From: an uncultured Nitrospiraceae bacterium
Lineage (GTDB): Bacteria > Nitrospirota > Nitrospiria > Nitrospirales > Nitrospiraceae
DNA length: 64,000 nt
Assembly (NCBI GenBank): GCA_963706325.1
Contig: CAVPLT010000004.1
Span: 1,056,001 to 1,120,000, forward strand
Reading direction: 5' to 3'
A model generated the notes under the pieces. The model saw only the letters and a list, made by a program, of their open reading frames with translations, did no database searches and had not been told where the DNA came from. Positions 46,845 to 57,626 of the stretch are shown in pieces. The position numbers were made by a program, and so were the translations under genes. Position 1 is the stretch's first letter, and each line of letters starts with the position of its first letter.

Positions 46845-48899
46845 TTACAAGAAGCGCAAACGAGTCATGAATTCATGCGGGACTGGTCCGGTATGTTCCA
46901 CGCGCAGGGTCGTAATCGGCTCCTTAGAACCGTACCGTTTCGAAGCCCATCCGCCCACCGGCCGCACGCTCCCCTCACAGAGCAGGGTCGTGCCCCCTTC
47001 AATGGTGAGCAGGAGCGGCCGATCCAATCCTTCCAGGCGATAGCCTCCGTCAACGGGGATCGGTTGGCAGCCCAAATGCCAATTCAACTCCAGGTGATGA
47101 ACACCGGTGCCCGTAAGCCAATCCCAGATCATCCAGGTGCCGGGTGGTTCATACGACATGCCGCGTAAATGGGTCACGCCCAATCGGCCCTTATAGCCAT
47201 AATGTCTGGCAATGACCGTAATTTTTCCTTCCGGCGTCTCATCTTTGTAGACCAGATGGGTTTCGAACGGCATGGACCAGGCCATGGGGCCATCTTGTAC
47301 GGCTTGATCGAACCCATCGATCGTCACCGTGTTGTGCGCGCGAGTTCCCCGAAAATAACTCCGCCACTGAGGATTGCCCGTATACGTATAAGCGCCTGGG
47401 TCAATCAGCACGTCCCGCGATCCCACCTGAAGCAAGACAGACAACGCATCGGCATGGCCATGCGCATAGTCTGGGGCCATGCCCAACGCCCCGTGGTCGA
47501 AAATCGCCTGCTCTGAATCCCGCCCGCGAACAATCGAATAGCCGGAGAGATGAAACGTCGTCAGCCCCGGTGAGCGCGGCTTGGCGGGTGTTGAAAAACG
47601 CAGATAGGGAGACAGGGCGGTTTCGTGTGCGCCATCGCCGATCGGCGGGAGCCTCCCATTCGCGCTGTTGCGGAACTCCTCCAGAAACTCGCGGCTGCGG
47701 TCGAACACCTGGCGAATCTTCTCCGGAACAGGCTGTTGCCGATGATCGAGCAGCGCGAGCACCAGCCCATACAGGTCGGTACTGAACTGAAGGTATCCCA
47801 ACCCCTGTTCCTGGCTGCCGCCATCATGGCTGATGTGCCTCGGGGTGTTCTCTTCCAGCAAGTAATGCCCGAAGGCCAGCCATCGTTCCGCTTGTTGCAT
47901 TTCAGGAAACAGGCTACCGGCATAAATCAAGGCCGTGGCCGCCGCGAGCGTGTCATGCGGCGTAGCCAGGCGGAGTGATAGACGTTTCCGGATCAATTCC
48001 GCGTGGCCGGATATCAAGGTGAGGACAGCCGGCCAGGCTCGCTCAGGCGCCGGTAGCCAGGGGCGAATCAAATCCATGGCGTAACAGACGGCCAGAAGAC
48101 GAAGCGCGCATTCCGTCGGAGAAATGTAATGGATGCCGGTCAAAAATGGATTGGCGTCGACCCAGGAGAGGAGCTGCGCTTCACAGACTGCAGCGGCGCG
48201 CTCGCGTAGCGCCGACTCGGCCTGCTGCGCCAAGAGGGCAAGCAGTACCAAGTGCTGAAGACGCGAGGGCTCCCAAGTCATCCGGATATCTCCGGAGGGA
48301 TTGCTCGCCCGTACGGGAATGTCGGCGAAGAACCGACGTGGCCACGCCTCGCCCGTATCGGGCGACCGATGCCAGCAGGATCCGTCCTGACTCCATTGCC
48401 AGGGATAACCGAACACGGTCAGGGATCCCTTCAGCAACGCTTCCAGTTGTCCGTCGTCAGGAGGGATCTGCCAGGCCAACGCAGGCAGCAGTGGCGACTG
48501 ACTCGTGCAGAAGGCATAACGCGATAACTCCTGCGCCGTAAAGTGGCGGTCGAGTGAGCCTCGCCTGAATCGCTGTTGCAGATGGAGCAGCGAAAACAGA
48601 CCGCGTTCCCGAGCCTGACGCCACCATTCCACGCGACTGGGCGCCACAAGGGCTTTCACCGAGGAGGCGAGGCGTTGCGGCAGAACATTGGGATTGAAAG
48701 ACAGTGTTACGCGCACTGGAATGCCATGAGGAAATCGTCTGGTTAAAAGAGGTGAACAAGCGTCCGTCCGTTCGGCCACGAAAGATGGCCAGCGTCGTTG
48801 ATAGGCACAGTACAATCGTCGAGCGCTGAGGTCAATGCCGAAGTACCACGTAGTACCTTCAAGAGGTTGCCAACGTATGAGAGTGCGGAATTGCGACAA
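46845..48899 (-). CDS. Heparinase II/III-family (polysaccharide lyase-like) protein
   Basis: WEPSRLQH, DGGSQEQ, IGDG, HGHADALS, IDPGAYTY, RGTRAHNTVTIDG; start codon uncertain. Confidence 0.85.
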   Translation of the reverse strand: MSQFRTLIRWQPLEGTTWYFGIDLSARRLYCAYQRRWPSFVAERTDACSPLLTRRFPHGIPVRVTLSFNPNVLPQRLASSVKALVAPSRVEWWRQARERGLFSLLHLQQRFRRGSLDRHFTAQELSRYAFCTSQSPLLPALAWQIPPDDGQLEALLKGSLTVFGYPWQWSQDGSCWHRSPDTGEAWPRRFFADIPVRASNPSGDIRMTWEPSRLQHLVLLALLAQQAESALRERAAAVCEAQLLSWVDANPFLTGIHYISPTECALRLLAVCYAMDLIRPWLPAPERAWPAVLTLISGHAELIRKRLSLRLATPHDTLAAATALIYAGSLFPEMQQAERWLAFGHYLLEENTPRHISHDGGSQEQGLGYLQFSTDLYGLVLALLDHRQQPVPEKIRQVFDRSREFLEEFRNSANGRLPPIGDGAHETALSPYLRFSTPAKPRSPGLTTFHLSGYSIVRGRDSEQAIFDHGALGMAPDYAHGHADALSVLLQVGSRDVLIDPGAYTYTGNPQWRSYFRGTRAHNTVTIDGFDQAVQDGPMAWSMPFETHLVYKDETPEGKITVIARHYGYKGRLGVTHLRGMSYEPPGTWMIWDWLTGTGVHHLELNWHLGCQPIPVDGGYRLEGLDRPLLLTIEGGTTLLCEGSVRPVGGWASKRYGSKEPITTLRVEHTGPVPHEFMTRLRFL

Positions 48900-49071
48900 C
48901 TGTATAAACTTGAAACAGTGAGTGAAGGGTTTCTCCTTCAGAGACGTTTGTTACTTACACCTCCGCGATGAATTGTGGTAATGATATGGGTTCAGTAATC
49001 AACAAGTGACGTTCCCGATCCGAAGAATCCGATAGAGGTCAGTTCATAATACTGATAAGGCGGCAGGTAGC

Positions 49072-50082
49072 GTGAAAAAAGCATTGATCACCGGCATCAG
49101 CGGCCAAGATGGATCGTATCTCGCCGAACTACTGTTGGCGAAGGGCTATGAGGTCCACGGCATCATCCGGCGCTCCAGTTCCTTGAACACCGCTCGCATC
49201 GACGGCATCTATCAAGATCCCCATGTTCCGGAGGCCCGATTGCGGCTCGTCTATGGCGATCTCAACGACGCCAGTTCGCTCAATCGAATTCTCCGCACGA
49301 TTCAGCCGGATGAGATCTACAACCTCGGCGCGCAAAGCCATGTGCGCGTGAGTTTCGACGTGCCGGAATATACCGCAGAGGTCACGGCGCTTGGGGCAGT
49401 TCGCCTATTGGAAGCCATTCGCGAATCCGGCATCCGGCCCAAGTTCTATCAGGCCTCGTCCAGCGAGATGTTCGGCAAAGTGCAGGAAATTCCTCAGCGC
49501 GAGAGCACGCCATTTTACCCACGCAGCCCATACGGAGCCGCCAAGGTCTATGCCCACTGGATTACCGTCAATTACCGTGAAGCCTACGACCTGTTTGCCT
49601 GCAGCGGCATTCTCTTCAATCATGAATCGCCGAGAAGGGGAGAAACGTTCGTCACGCGGAAAATCACTCGCGCGGCCGCTCGGATTAAGCTGGGCGTGCA
49701 GCAAGACCTGTATCTGGGCAATCTCGACGCCAAACGCGATTGGGGCTTTGCCGGCGACTATGTGCAGGCTATGTGGATGATGCTGCAAGCCGATCAACCG
49801 GACGATTACGTAATCGCCACCGGGGAAACCCACACGGTGCGTGAGTTTCTGGATCGTGCATTCAGCTATCTCGATTTGGATTGGAAGCAGTACGTCAAGA
49901 TCGATCCCCGCTATTATCGGCCCACCGAGGTCGACTTGTTAATCGGGGATGCTTCCAAAGCCAAGCAGATGTTGGGATGGGAGCCGAAAGTGTGTTTCGA
50001 TGACCTCGTCGTCGTGATGGTGGAGGCAGATCTACGCGCTGAACGATGTCTTCTCGAAGGGACCAGAGGAGTGCGGGCATGA
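49072..50082 (+). CDS. gmd: GDP-mannose 4,6-dehydratase
   Basis: [50 protein letters not shown]. Confidence 0.97.
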   Translation: MKKALITGISGQDGSYLAELLLAKGYEVHGIIRRSSSLNTARIDGIYQDPHVPEARLRLVYGDLNDASSLNRILRTIQPDEIYNLGAQSHVRVSFDVPEYTAEVTALGAVRLLEAIRESGIRPKFYQASSSEMFGKVQEIPQRESTPFYPRSPYGAAKVYAHWITVNYREAYDLFACSGILFNHESPRRGETFVTRKITRAAARIKLGVQQDLYLGNLDAKRDWGFAGDYVQAMWMMLQADQPDDYVIATGETHTVREFLDRAFSYLDLDWKQYVKIDPRYYRPTEVDLLIGDASKAKQMLGWEPKVCFDDLVVVMVEADLRAERCLLEGTRGVRA

Positions 50083-51041
50083 CGTCCTATTGGTCTGATA
50101 AACGGGTGGTTGTCACAGGGGGAGCCGGGTTTCTCGGTTCGGTCGTGGTTGAGCAGCTTCGAAAGGCAGGTTGTCAAACCATCATGATTCCTCGAAGCAG
50201 AGACTACGATCTCGTTCAGATGGACGCAGTGCAGCGGCTCTATGATGATGCTAGACCTGATCTCGTACTGCACCTGGCCGCCCGGGTGGGAGGGATCGGC
50301 GCCAACCAAGCAAATGCCGGCCGGTTCTTCTACGACAACCTGATGATGGGCACGCAGCTCATGGAAGTGGGGCGGCAGCGGGGGCTTAAGAAATTCGTGG
50401 CGCTGGCCACTATCTGTGCCTATCCCAAATACACTCCGGTCCCCTTTCGTGAGGAAGACCTGTGGAGCGGATACCCGGAAGAGACCAATGCGCCCTATGG
50501 CTTAGCCAAAAAGATGATGCTGGTCCAGGCCCAGGCCTATCGTCAGCAATATGGGTTCAATGCCGTTGTGCTTTTTCCGGTGAATCTCTATGGCCCTGGC
50601 GACAACTTCGACATGCAAACCTCGCATGTCATTCCGGCCTTGATCAGAAAATGTGTCGAAGCGCAGGCGCGAGGTGACCGCCAAGTGGTTCTGTGGGGCG
50701 ACGGCTCGCCGTCGCGGGAGTTTTTATATGTTGATGACGCAGCACGCGCCATTCTGCTTGCGGGCGAGCACTATGATGGAAACGAACCCATTAACGTAGG
50801 AACAGGGCAGGAGATTACGATCCAAGATCTGGCGCACTTGATTGCCGATGAAGTAGGATTCGGCGGGGAACTTGTCTGGGATACCGCCAAACCGAACGGG
50901 CAACCTCGTCGTTGCCTGGAAGTAAGCCGAGCGAAAAATCTCTTCGGATTTGAGGCCGCGTGGTCACTACGCGAAGGGATCAAGGAGACGGTGTCTTGGT
51001 ATCGTTCTCACCAGGCTGTGATTAGAGAAGTGGTGTTCTAG
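50079..51041 (+). CDS. fcl: GDP-L-fucose synthase-like epimerase/reductase
   Basis: [50 protein letters not shown]-coupled to gmd. Confidence 0.9.
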   Translation: MTSYWSDKRVVVTGGAGFLGSVVVEQLRKAGCQTIMIPRSRDYDLVQMDAVQRLYDDARPDLVLHLAARVGGIGANQANAGRFFYDNLMMGTQLMEVGRQRGLKKFVALATICAYPKYTPVPFREEDLWSGYPEETNAPYGLAKKMMLVQAQAYRQQYGFNAVVLFPVNLYGPGDNFDMQTSHVIPALIRKCVEAQARGDRQVVLWGDGSPSREFLYVDDAARAILLAGEHYDGNEPINVGTGQEITIQDLAHLIADEVGFGGELVWDTAKPNGQPRRCLEVSRAKNLFGFEAAWSLREGIKETVSWYRSHQAVIREVVF

Positions 51042-51126
51042 GCGCGTGGCAGACGATTCGTAATTCCCTATCCTTACTTCGCCTATACAGGCATAAACCC
51101 TCGCTGGCAGCGTCACACCAACGGAT

Positions 51127-52644
51127 ATGATTCACTCGAAATCCATTTCTCGCCCAATCTCTTCACAAGCAATGAGGGGTCTTGTCACAAGCGGGATGCT
51201 GTGGACCACATTCGGTACCTTGGCGAGCAAGTTCGCAAGTCTTGGCGCACAACTAGTCCTTGGCTGGGTACTGAGCAAAGAAGATTTCGCACTCTATGCC
51301 ATCGCGATTTCTTGGTCCACGATCATCCTGGCCTTGAGAAACGGTGGCACACAGCGATTGCTGATACAGCAGGGCAGCAGGTATGAGGAATGTGCGACAG
51401 TCTTCTTCAAGATCGCTCTACTTTTTAACGGATTCGGCTTTCTTGTCCTCGCCCTGGTTGCACCAGGACTCTCTTCTCTCTATGACAGTCCTGAACTCAC
51501 CAGGATGCTGTGGATCATTGCCCTTTCTCTTCCCCTGAACACGGTAGCCATGGTGTTTCAAGCCAAACTGTCGTCGGATCTAAACTTCAGAAAGTATACG
51601 CAGCTGAACATATGGTCAGCCATCTTGCGCCACGGTTCGATGGTAGGTTTTGCCCTCATGGGATTAGGACCGCTCAGTTTCGTCCTTCCGCTCATCATCA
51701 TTTCCCTGTTCGAAACCATGGGTGGATGGTATTTGGTAGGCACGTGGCCCCCCAACCGACCATTAACATGGCAAGGGTTATCTGTGGTGTTACGAGACAG
51801 CCGTTGGATCATGTTGACGACCTTGGCCGGCATCCTGGCAATCAACGGCGACTACTTGGCGATCAGTTTGTTGCAATCGAAGGAAATCCTCGGCGTCTAC
51901 TACTTCGGGTTTCAACTGACGTTCTCAATGGCCATTTTATTCACCAATGGTGTCGAAGCGATCATGATGCCTACATTCTCTCACCTCGAGCACGATCAGG
52001 AGAGGCAAAAAATTGCCTTTTTCCAAGCGGTCCGAGTGCTCACGCTCGGAGCGACCTTAACCTGCTTCGCGTTGGTTCCCGCTGCGGCCGCTTTCGTTCA
52101 CACTTTGTGGGGCGGGAAGTGGGACAACGCCATCCCGGTCGTGCAATTGCTGGCCCTGAGCTTGCCAATCAAAATGGTGATGCCGCTCTGTCGATCTCTC
52201 ATGGAAGGCCGCGGGGAGTGGCGACTTGTCTCGACGTTACTCCTGGCGGACGGGATTGGCACCGTCATCGCCGGTGGACTAGGGGCATGGGTTGGCGGCG
52301 TGACGTCAATCGCGTCTGTGATCAGCGCGTACAATCTGGCTTTCGGGCTATGCTCTTGTGGATACATTGCACAACGGATCGGCGGGCGGTTAAGCGCCGC
52401 ATTTGTTCCAATGCTCTCTGCGTTCGCATTCGGAATCCTTGCCCTGCTGGCCACATCACTATTGACGTACCTGGGTTCAGTCGATAGCTTGAATATGTGG
52501 CATGCGGGAATATCAATCCTTCTTTATGTCGGGATCTATCTCGGCCTGACCAGGGTCTTTTTAAGGGACAGTCTCACGGAAGTCATCAGTTTGATACTGA
52601 GAGGCATTCCTGATCCCAGGCGAGCGAAAAGGTCGATGAGATGA
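51127..52644 (+). CDS. wzx: Wzx-type oligosaccharide flippase
   Basis: Multi-TM protein with LSKEDFALY, GVYYFG, MPTFS, GGKW PST-family motifs. Confidence 0.85.
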   Translation: MIHSKSISRPISSQAMRGLVTSGMLWTTFGTLASKFASLGAQLVLGWVLSKEDFALYAIAISWSTIILALRNGGTQRLLIQQGSRYEECATVFFKIALLFNGFGFLVLALVAPGLSSLYDSPELTRMLWIIALSLPLNTVAMVFQAKLSSDLNFRKYTQLNIWSAILRHGSMVGFALMGLGPLSFVLPLIIISLFETMGGWYLVGTWPPNRPLTWQGLSVVLRDSRWIMLTTLAGILAINGDYLAISLLQSKEILGVYYFGFQLTFSMAILFTNGVEAIMMPTFSHLEHDQERQKIAFFQAVRVLTLGATLTCFALVPAAAAFVHTLWGGKWDNAIPVVQLLALSLPIKMVMPLCRSLMEGRGEWRLVSTLLLADGIGTVIAGGLGAWVGGVTSIASVISAYNLAFGLCSCGYIAQRIGGRLSAAFVPMLSAFAFGILALLATSLLTYLGSVDSLNMWHAGISILLYVGIYLGLTRVFLRDSLTEVISLILRGIPDPRRAKRSMR

Positions 52645-53975
52645 TCGGCATTTCTGCATATGCCGCCATAGCAGCAGGCTTGTTCGTCTCGCTCTGGAGG
52701 TATCCTGCAGTCGCACTCGCAGGTGTATTCTGCATGTTTGCGCTGGAGCAGTGGGGCCAAGCCACCACTGGTTTCTTCGCACAACACCACACCGCCACTA
52801 ATTTCCTGATAGGTGGAATGCTTGTACTCGCTTTGGTCATTCAAGGGGTCAGAAAGGGATTTTTAATTTTTTCCGGCTATCCGGCAGTCGGTTGGCTCAC
52901 GTTGGCCTTGTTTCTTTATGCCTTTGCTTCAACGCAATGGGCTCCTCGTCCAGATATCAGCCTAGACCTATGGCAGAGTCGGTGGCCCTATATCGTAACC
53001 ATGCTGGTGTTGACCCCATTGCTTATCACAGAAACCCAAGATCTGCGGTCTGCCTATACAGGGTTATTCCTGATCGGAGGAACGCTGTCGATACTCCTGC
53101 TGTTCTTCGTCAAATGGGAGGCTCGACGAATAGTACTTGACCATGGCCTGGGAAATCCTCTCGCAGTAGCTGCCGTAGCAGGTATGGTTGTCCTCACTTC
53201 CATTCTGGCCGATCCCTGGCCGCGTTCGAAATGGTGGATTCCTTTCAAGTGGACGATTGCCATCCTGTGTCTAATGCTCGTCATAAAATCAGGTTCCCGC
53301 GGCCAGCTCCTAGGAGTACTTCTCGTTTCTGTGGCTTGCTGGCCCATAAGCCGTGGTCTGGCCAATGTCAAACAATTTGCAGTCCTGAGTATCGTGATCT
53401 TGCTCCTTGGGACAGCCACTACCTGGACCATTCAGGAATTTTCTAGCCAACAGTTGGTTTATGGGGGACGCGCGAGGTGGAGTGAACAATCCGCGCAGGA
53501 GGATGTCTCAGGCCGTCTTAATAATGCACTACTGCTTGTTCGGCTGGCCTACTCCTCCCCCGAAACAGTGCTCTTCGGCTTGGGGAATTCGGCATCGTAT
53601 GATCCGCGCATCCTCGGGATCTACCCTCACTTCGTGCCGTTGGAAGTGCTGGCTGAAGAGGGACTTATTGGGTTTGCCTTGTATGGGATAATCTTCTACT
53701 GTCTATTGTGCACCACCATTCGATGTTTCCGCATCGCTGCCACTGACCCGGCAGAACGACTCTTGCTGGGAGGACTCATAGGCCTGTGCCTATTCACCTT
53801 CATTCTTTCGCTCAAGCAGGGAAGTCTGCTGCTTAATTTAGAACCATTTATGTTGGCAATTATCCTCGGGCGGTACGAACGACTTCTGTCGAAGAGCCTT
53901 ACGACTGAGGGTGCAATAGAAGAGGAGCGTGAAGATGAGGAGCTCTTGGCATTCATCAGGTATCCGGCTCTTTAA
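52641..53975 (+). CDS. O-antigen polymerase/ligase-family membrane protein
   Basis: About 11 TM helices; SGSRG, SGRL, LFGLG, YPHFVPLEVLAEEGLIG (Wzy_C-like). Confidence 0.8.
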   Translation: MIGISAYAAIAAGLFVSLWRYPAVALAGVFCMFALEQWGQATTGFFAQHHTATNFLIGGMLVLALVIQGVRKGFLIFSGYPAVGWLTLALFLYAFASTQWAPRPDISLDLWQSRWPYIVTMLVLTPLLITETQDLRSAYTGLFLIGGTLSILLLFFVKWEARRIVLDHGLGNPLAVAAVAGMVVLTSILADPWPRSKWWIPFKWTIAILCLMLVIKSGSRGQLLGVLLVSVACWPISRGLANVKQFAVLSIVILLLGTATTWTIQEFSSQQLVYGGRARWSEQSAQEDVSGRLNNALLLVRLAYSSPETVLFGLGNSASYDPRILGIYPHFVPLEVLAEEGLIGFALYGIIFYCLLCTTIRCFRIAATDPAERLLLGGLIGLCLFTFILSLKQGSLLLNLEPFMLAIILGRYERLLSKSLTTEGAIEEEREDEELLAFIRYPAL

Positions 53976-54165
53976 GCCATCACCATGGACATATAAACTG
54001 CGCCTCACTCTGGACTGATAGGCTGAAAGCATAAAATGAAAGCCCCGATGACATTGGGTTTACCCACATCCGATTCTTTCGATCTTTCGATTCTTTCGAA
54101 AATCGGTCGGCATATGAAATGACATTTGATCCTCAGGGCTCATACGGCCAATTTTCGGGCATGAG

Positions 54166-55317
54166 ATGATGCTCTCGCGCCATTCAACCACACCAAGAGT
54201 TGCGGTGATTTACCATTTCTTTGCGCACTACCGCTCCGCAATCATGCGAGAGCTGCTCGACTGTAAAGATATTGAATACTTCTTAGTCGGTGACCGATCA
54301 GACCCTGACAACTCGATTGAGCCATGGCAACCACCGGAGGACCGACTATTGTTCGCCCCTTGCACAAAGATTACTTCTAGTCTGCTATGGCAGAAAGGGT
54401 TGGTTCGTTTGGCTCTGCGGCATGACATCGACGTCATGATCTTTCTCGGCAATGCGAACTTCCTCAGCACTTGGGTCGCAGCCTTGTTGGCGCGGCTGAA
54501 GGGAAAGCGGGTCTTATTTTGGACGCATGGCTGGATGCGAAAGGAGCAGGGGTTTAAAGGCACAATCAGAAATCTCTTCTACCGCCTTGCCCACGGGCTT
54601 CTTCTCTACGGTCCCCGTGCAAGGCTGATCGGAGTCCAAAATGGGTTCCATGGGGACGGTCTCTACGTTGTCTACAATAGCTTGGACTTACAAACGCAAT
54701 CAAAAATCAGGGCTCATGTGACTCCTGATCGTCTGAGACATATCCGAGAGAGGTGTTTTCCGAATTCAAACGCCCCCATCTTGATCTGTACCGGTAGACT
54801 TACCAAACCGAAAGGCTTGGCAATTCTGTTAGAAGCGATGTCTCTATTACAGGAGCAGGGGTTCAGAACCTGTTTACTATTGGTCGGTGAGGGGCCGGAA
54901 CGCGAATCTTTAATACAGATGGCCAATGACCTTCGTCTCACCGTGCATTTCTATGGTGCCTGTTACAACGAAGAGCTTCTCGCGGAACTGATCATGTCGG
55001 CCAACATAACCGTCTCGCCTGGTCAGGTCGGTCTCACCGCCATGCATAGTCTTGCCTACGGAACTCCGGTCATTACCCATGATGACCCTGCTAATCAAAT
55101 GCCTGAGTGGGAAGCGATCCTTCCAGGAAAAACGGGAGACTTTTTCAGATGTGGTGATGTCCAGGATTTGGCTAAGACGATACGTAAATGGTGCCTGCAT
55201 CCTTGGCCTGACGAAGATGTCCGCAGTCAATGCATGGCCATTATTGAGCATCGGTACAATCCAAATTTTCAGCGGCATGTGATTAACCGTGCAGTGGCTG
55301 GATTGGTGGCAGAATAG
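54166..55317 (+). CDS. Glycosyltransferase family 4
   Basis: FAHYR, WTHG, GRLTKPKGL, VGEGPE, GLTAMHSLAYGTPVI. Confidence 0.9.
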   Translation: MMLSRHSTTPRVAVIYHFFAHYRSAIMRELLDCKDIEYFLVGDRSDPDNSIEPWQPPEDRLLFAPCTKITSSLLWQKGLVRLALRHDIDVMIFLGNANFLSTWVAALLARLKGKRVLFWTHGWMRKEQGFKGTIRNLFYRLAHGLLLYGPRARLIGVQNGFHGDGLYVVYNSLDLQTQSKIRAHVTPDRLRHIRERCFPNSNAPILICTGRLTKPKGLAILLEAMSLLQEQGFRTCLLLVGEGPERESLIQMANDLRLTVHFYGACYNEELLAELIMSANITVSPGQVGLTAMHSLAYGTPVITHDDPANQMPEWEAILPGKTGDFFRCGDVQDLAKTIRKWCLHPWPDEDVRSQCMAIIEHRYNPNFQRHVINRAVAGLVAE

Positions 55318-55369
55318 GGTCGCGTCCATGTGTGTCGACGATAGCCTATAAACTCGAGAGCGATGAGCC

Positions 55370-55939
55370 GTGCAATCCGTTAGTAATAAGTTGCGATCGG
55401 TGCCATGGAGCTATAAGTTTGTCCGCTGGATTCTTATAACCTATCGTCGACGACGCTTTGGGCTTAAACGGGTACACGCTACCTTTTATATGGCGAGAGG
55501 CTGTTTGGTGAGCCGCGATTTGGTCGCACACGAATATAGCTTTATCAATATGGGCTGTGTCCTTGGGCCAAAAGTCGAACTTGGTCGTTATGTCATGCTT
55601 GGACCTTACGTTTCGGTTGTGGGGAATGACCATGTTACGTCAAAAGCGGGAGTGCCGATCATTTTTTCAGGACGCCCTCCCCAAAAGCAGACGTTCGTAG
55701 AGGACGATGCTTGGATTGGATTTGGAACAATCATTGTGGCCGGTGTAAGAATCGGTCGAGGAGCGATTGTGGGGGCTGGTTCCGTTGTGACAAAGGATGT
55801 CCCTCCTTATGAAATTCATGCTGGGGTGCCGGCAAAAAAGATCGGTGAACGATTCGCGAATGAAACCCAACGTCTGAAACACGATGCCATGTTGGACGGA
55901 CCTATAGTTGCTGGCCAATACTGTTCTTCAATTCATTGA
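55370..55939 (+). CDS. Hexapeptide-repeat O-acetyltransferase
   Basis: VEDDAWIG, IGRGAIVGAGSVVTKDVPPY, GVPAK. Confidence 0.88.
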   Translation: MQSVSNKLRSVPWSYKFVRWILITYRRRRFGLKRVHATFYMARGCLVSRDLVAHEYSFINMGCVLGPKVELGRYVMLGPYVSVVGNDHVTSKAGVPIIFSGRPPQKQTFVEDDAWIGFGTIIVAGVRIGRGAIVGAGSVVTKDVPPYEIHAGVPAKKIGERFANETQRLKHDAMLDGPIVAGQYCSSIH

Positions 55940-56001
55940 TCTACGAATATGTCAATCGAATAGGTCCATTTCAGACTAAAGCCTTGAGCCTCCGATAACC
56001 T

Positions 56002-56547
56002 ATGCATAAACTAAATTTTAACTCATCCCCCTCTCACTCTGTGAAGAATAAAGTGGGAAGGGTTTTATGGAGAACAGTCTGGCTGTTACTTTATCGTCCA
56101 AGTCCCAGATTTGCTCATGGATGGAGACGGTTCCTGTTGCGTCTGTTTAAAGCAAAAATCGGCAACGCAGCTCATCCTTATCCGTCAGCAATTATATGGG
56201 CCCCATGGAACCTTGAAATGGGACAGCATAGCTGCCTTGGGGATCATACTGATTGCTATTGTGTAGACAAGATTACAATAGGGCCTCATTCCACAATTAG
56301 CCAATACAGCTTTCTCTGCACGGCCAGCCATGATTATGAACAATTGGGATTCCCTGTCATCACCGCACCTATCACAATTGGGGAACAATCCTGGATAGCT
56401 GCAGATGTGTTTGTGGGGCCTGGGGTCACTATTGGAAATGGTGCTGTGATAGGAGCCAGATCAACGGTTTTTCAAAGTGTAGCCGACTGGACAGTTGTGG
56501 TGGGAAACCCGGCAAGGGAAATCAAAAAAAGAAGTTGCAGTGCATGA
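56002..56547 (+). CDS. WcaF-like acetyltransferase
   Basis: WRRFLLRLFKAKIG, APWNL, ISQYSFLCTASHD, VGPGVTIG, GNPA. Confidence 0.88.
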   Translation: MHKLNFNSSPSHSVKNKVGRVLWRTVWLLLYRPSPRFAHGWRRFLLRLFKAKIGNAAHPYPSAIIWAPWNLEMGQHSCLGDHTDCYCVDKITIGPHSTISQYSFLCTASHDYEQLGFPVITAPITIGEQSWIAADVFVGPGVTIGNGAVIGARSTVFQSVADWTVVVGNPAREIKKRSCSA

Positions 56548-57626
56548 GCAATAATCATAACTCCGAGGTGGAGAATACGCTAATGAGAGAAAAACCCAAG
56601 CCTGTTGCGACTGTGGTTATCACCACTAGAAATCGCATGGAAATGCTGCAACCGGCCATTGTCTCGGCCCTATCACAGCAAGGTGAGATCGAAGTACTTG
56701 TCATGGACGATGCTTCCACAGATGGGAGCGTCGAGATGGTTAAGAGGACTTTCCCTACCGTTCGGATTGTCACCTCACCAAAACGCTGTGGTCTTATCGT
56801 TCAAAGAAATCGAGCAGCCAAACTGGCGCGTGCCCCTATTATTTTTTCTCTAGACGATGACGCAATCTTTACGTCTCGTCATGTTATTTCTCAAGCGCTA
56901 CCATATTTCAAGGATGAAAGAGTCGGCGCACTGGCTCTCCCGTTAATTAACATTATTGACGGCCTGAAGCGGGAGTTCTATGCAGGGAGACCAACACAAG
57001 AAGATGCCTTCTGGGTTATGCATTCATTCACTGGTGCCGCTTATGCGGTCAGACGCGATATATTCTTAACACTGGGAGGATTTCAGGGACACCTTTTTCA
57101 CTGGGGAGAAGAGCCCGAGTATTCTCAGCGAATGCTTAATGCTGGAAGAGTGGTCCGGTTGGCAATCACGGATCCTATCCATCATTTCCCGGCAGCGGAA
57201 GGGAGGCACAAGAGAGGCAAGAATGTGTGGCTCTATCGAAACATGATTTTAGCCTCATGGTATACCGCACCGCGATCCCTGTTATTCCCAATCCTCGCGG
57301 TTCAAACCGTTCGTTGCCTCGCAAGGGGTGCTAGCAACATTCGTCAGTTGCCCATTGCAATTGAAGGTCTAGTTCGCGGTTATGCCTCGTGTCTAGCTAG
57401 GGGGGCAAAGCGAACGCCGATTTCCTCTCAAACATTCAAGTTATTCGTTGAACTGAACAAGCGACGATTTGTGCCATACGAAGAAATCGCTTCCAGGCTG
57501 GCTCCGCTAGAATTTCTAGCAGGGGTCGGACGAGAAAAATTACGAATCACCAGGAGCTGGCCGCCAAGACCTGGTGATCGGTCAGAGAGAACTGAATGTC
57601 GCCTTCGATGTTGCCGCTATCCGTGA
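56544..57626 (+). CDS. Glycosyltransferase family 2
   Basis: VVITTRNR, MDDASTDGS, SLDDD, WGEE. Confidence 0.88.
   Translation: MSNNHNSEVENTLMREKPKPVATVVITTRNRMEMLQPAIVSALSQQGEIEVLVMDDASTDGSVEMVKRTFPTVRIVTSPKRCGLIVQRNRAAKLARAPIIFSLDDDAIFTSRHVISQALPYFKDERVGALALPLINIIDGLKREFYAGRPTQEDAFWVMHSFTGAAYAVRRDIFLTLGGFQGHLFHWGEEPEYSQRMLNAGRVVRLAITDPIHHFPAAEGRHKRGKNVWLYRNMILASWYTAPRSLLFPILAVQTVRCLARGASNIRQLPIAIEGLVRGYASCLARGAKRTPISSQTFKLFVELNKRRFVPYEEIASRLAPLEFLAGVGREKLRITRSWPPRPGDRSERTECRLRCCRYP

Noticed and set aside
54071..54099. Short tandem repeat of about (TCTTTCGAT)x3
   Set aside because: Intergenic, imperfect and too short to support phase variation or a CRISPR call
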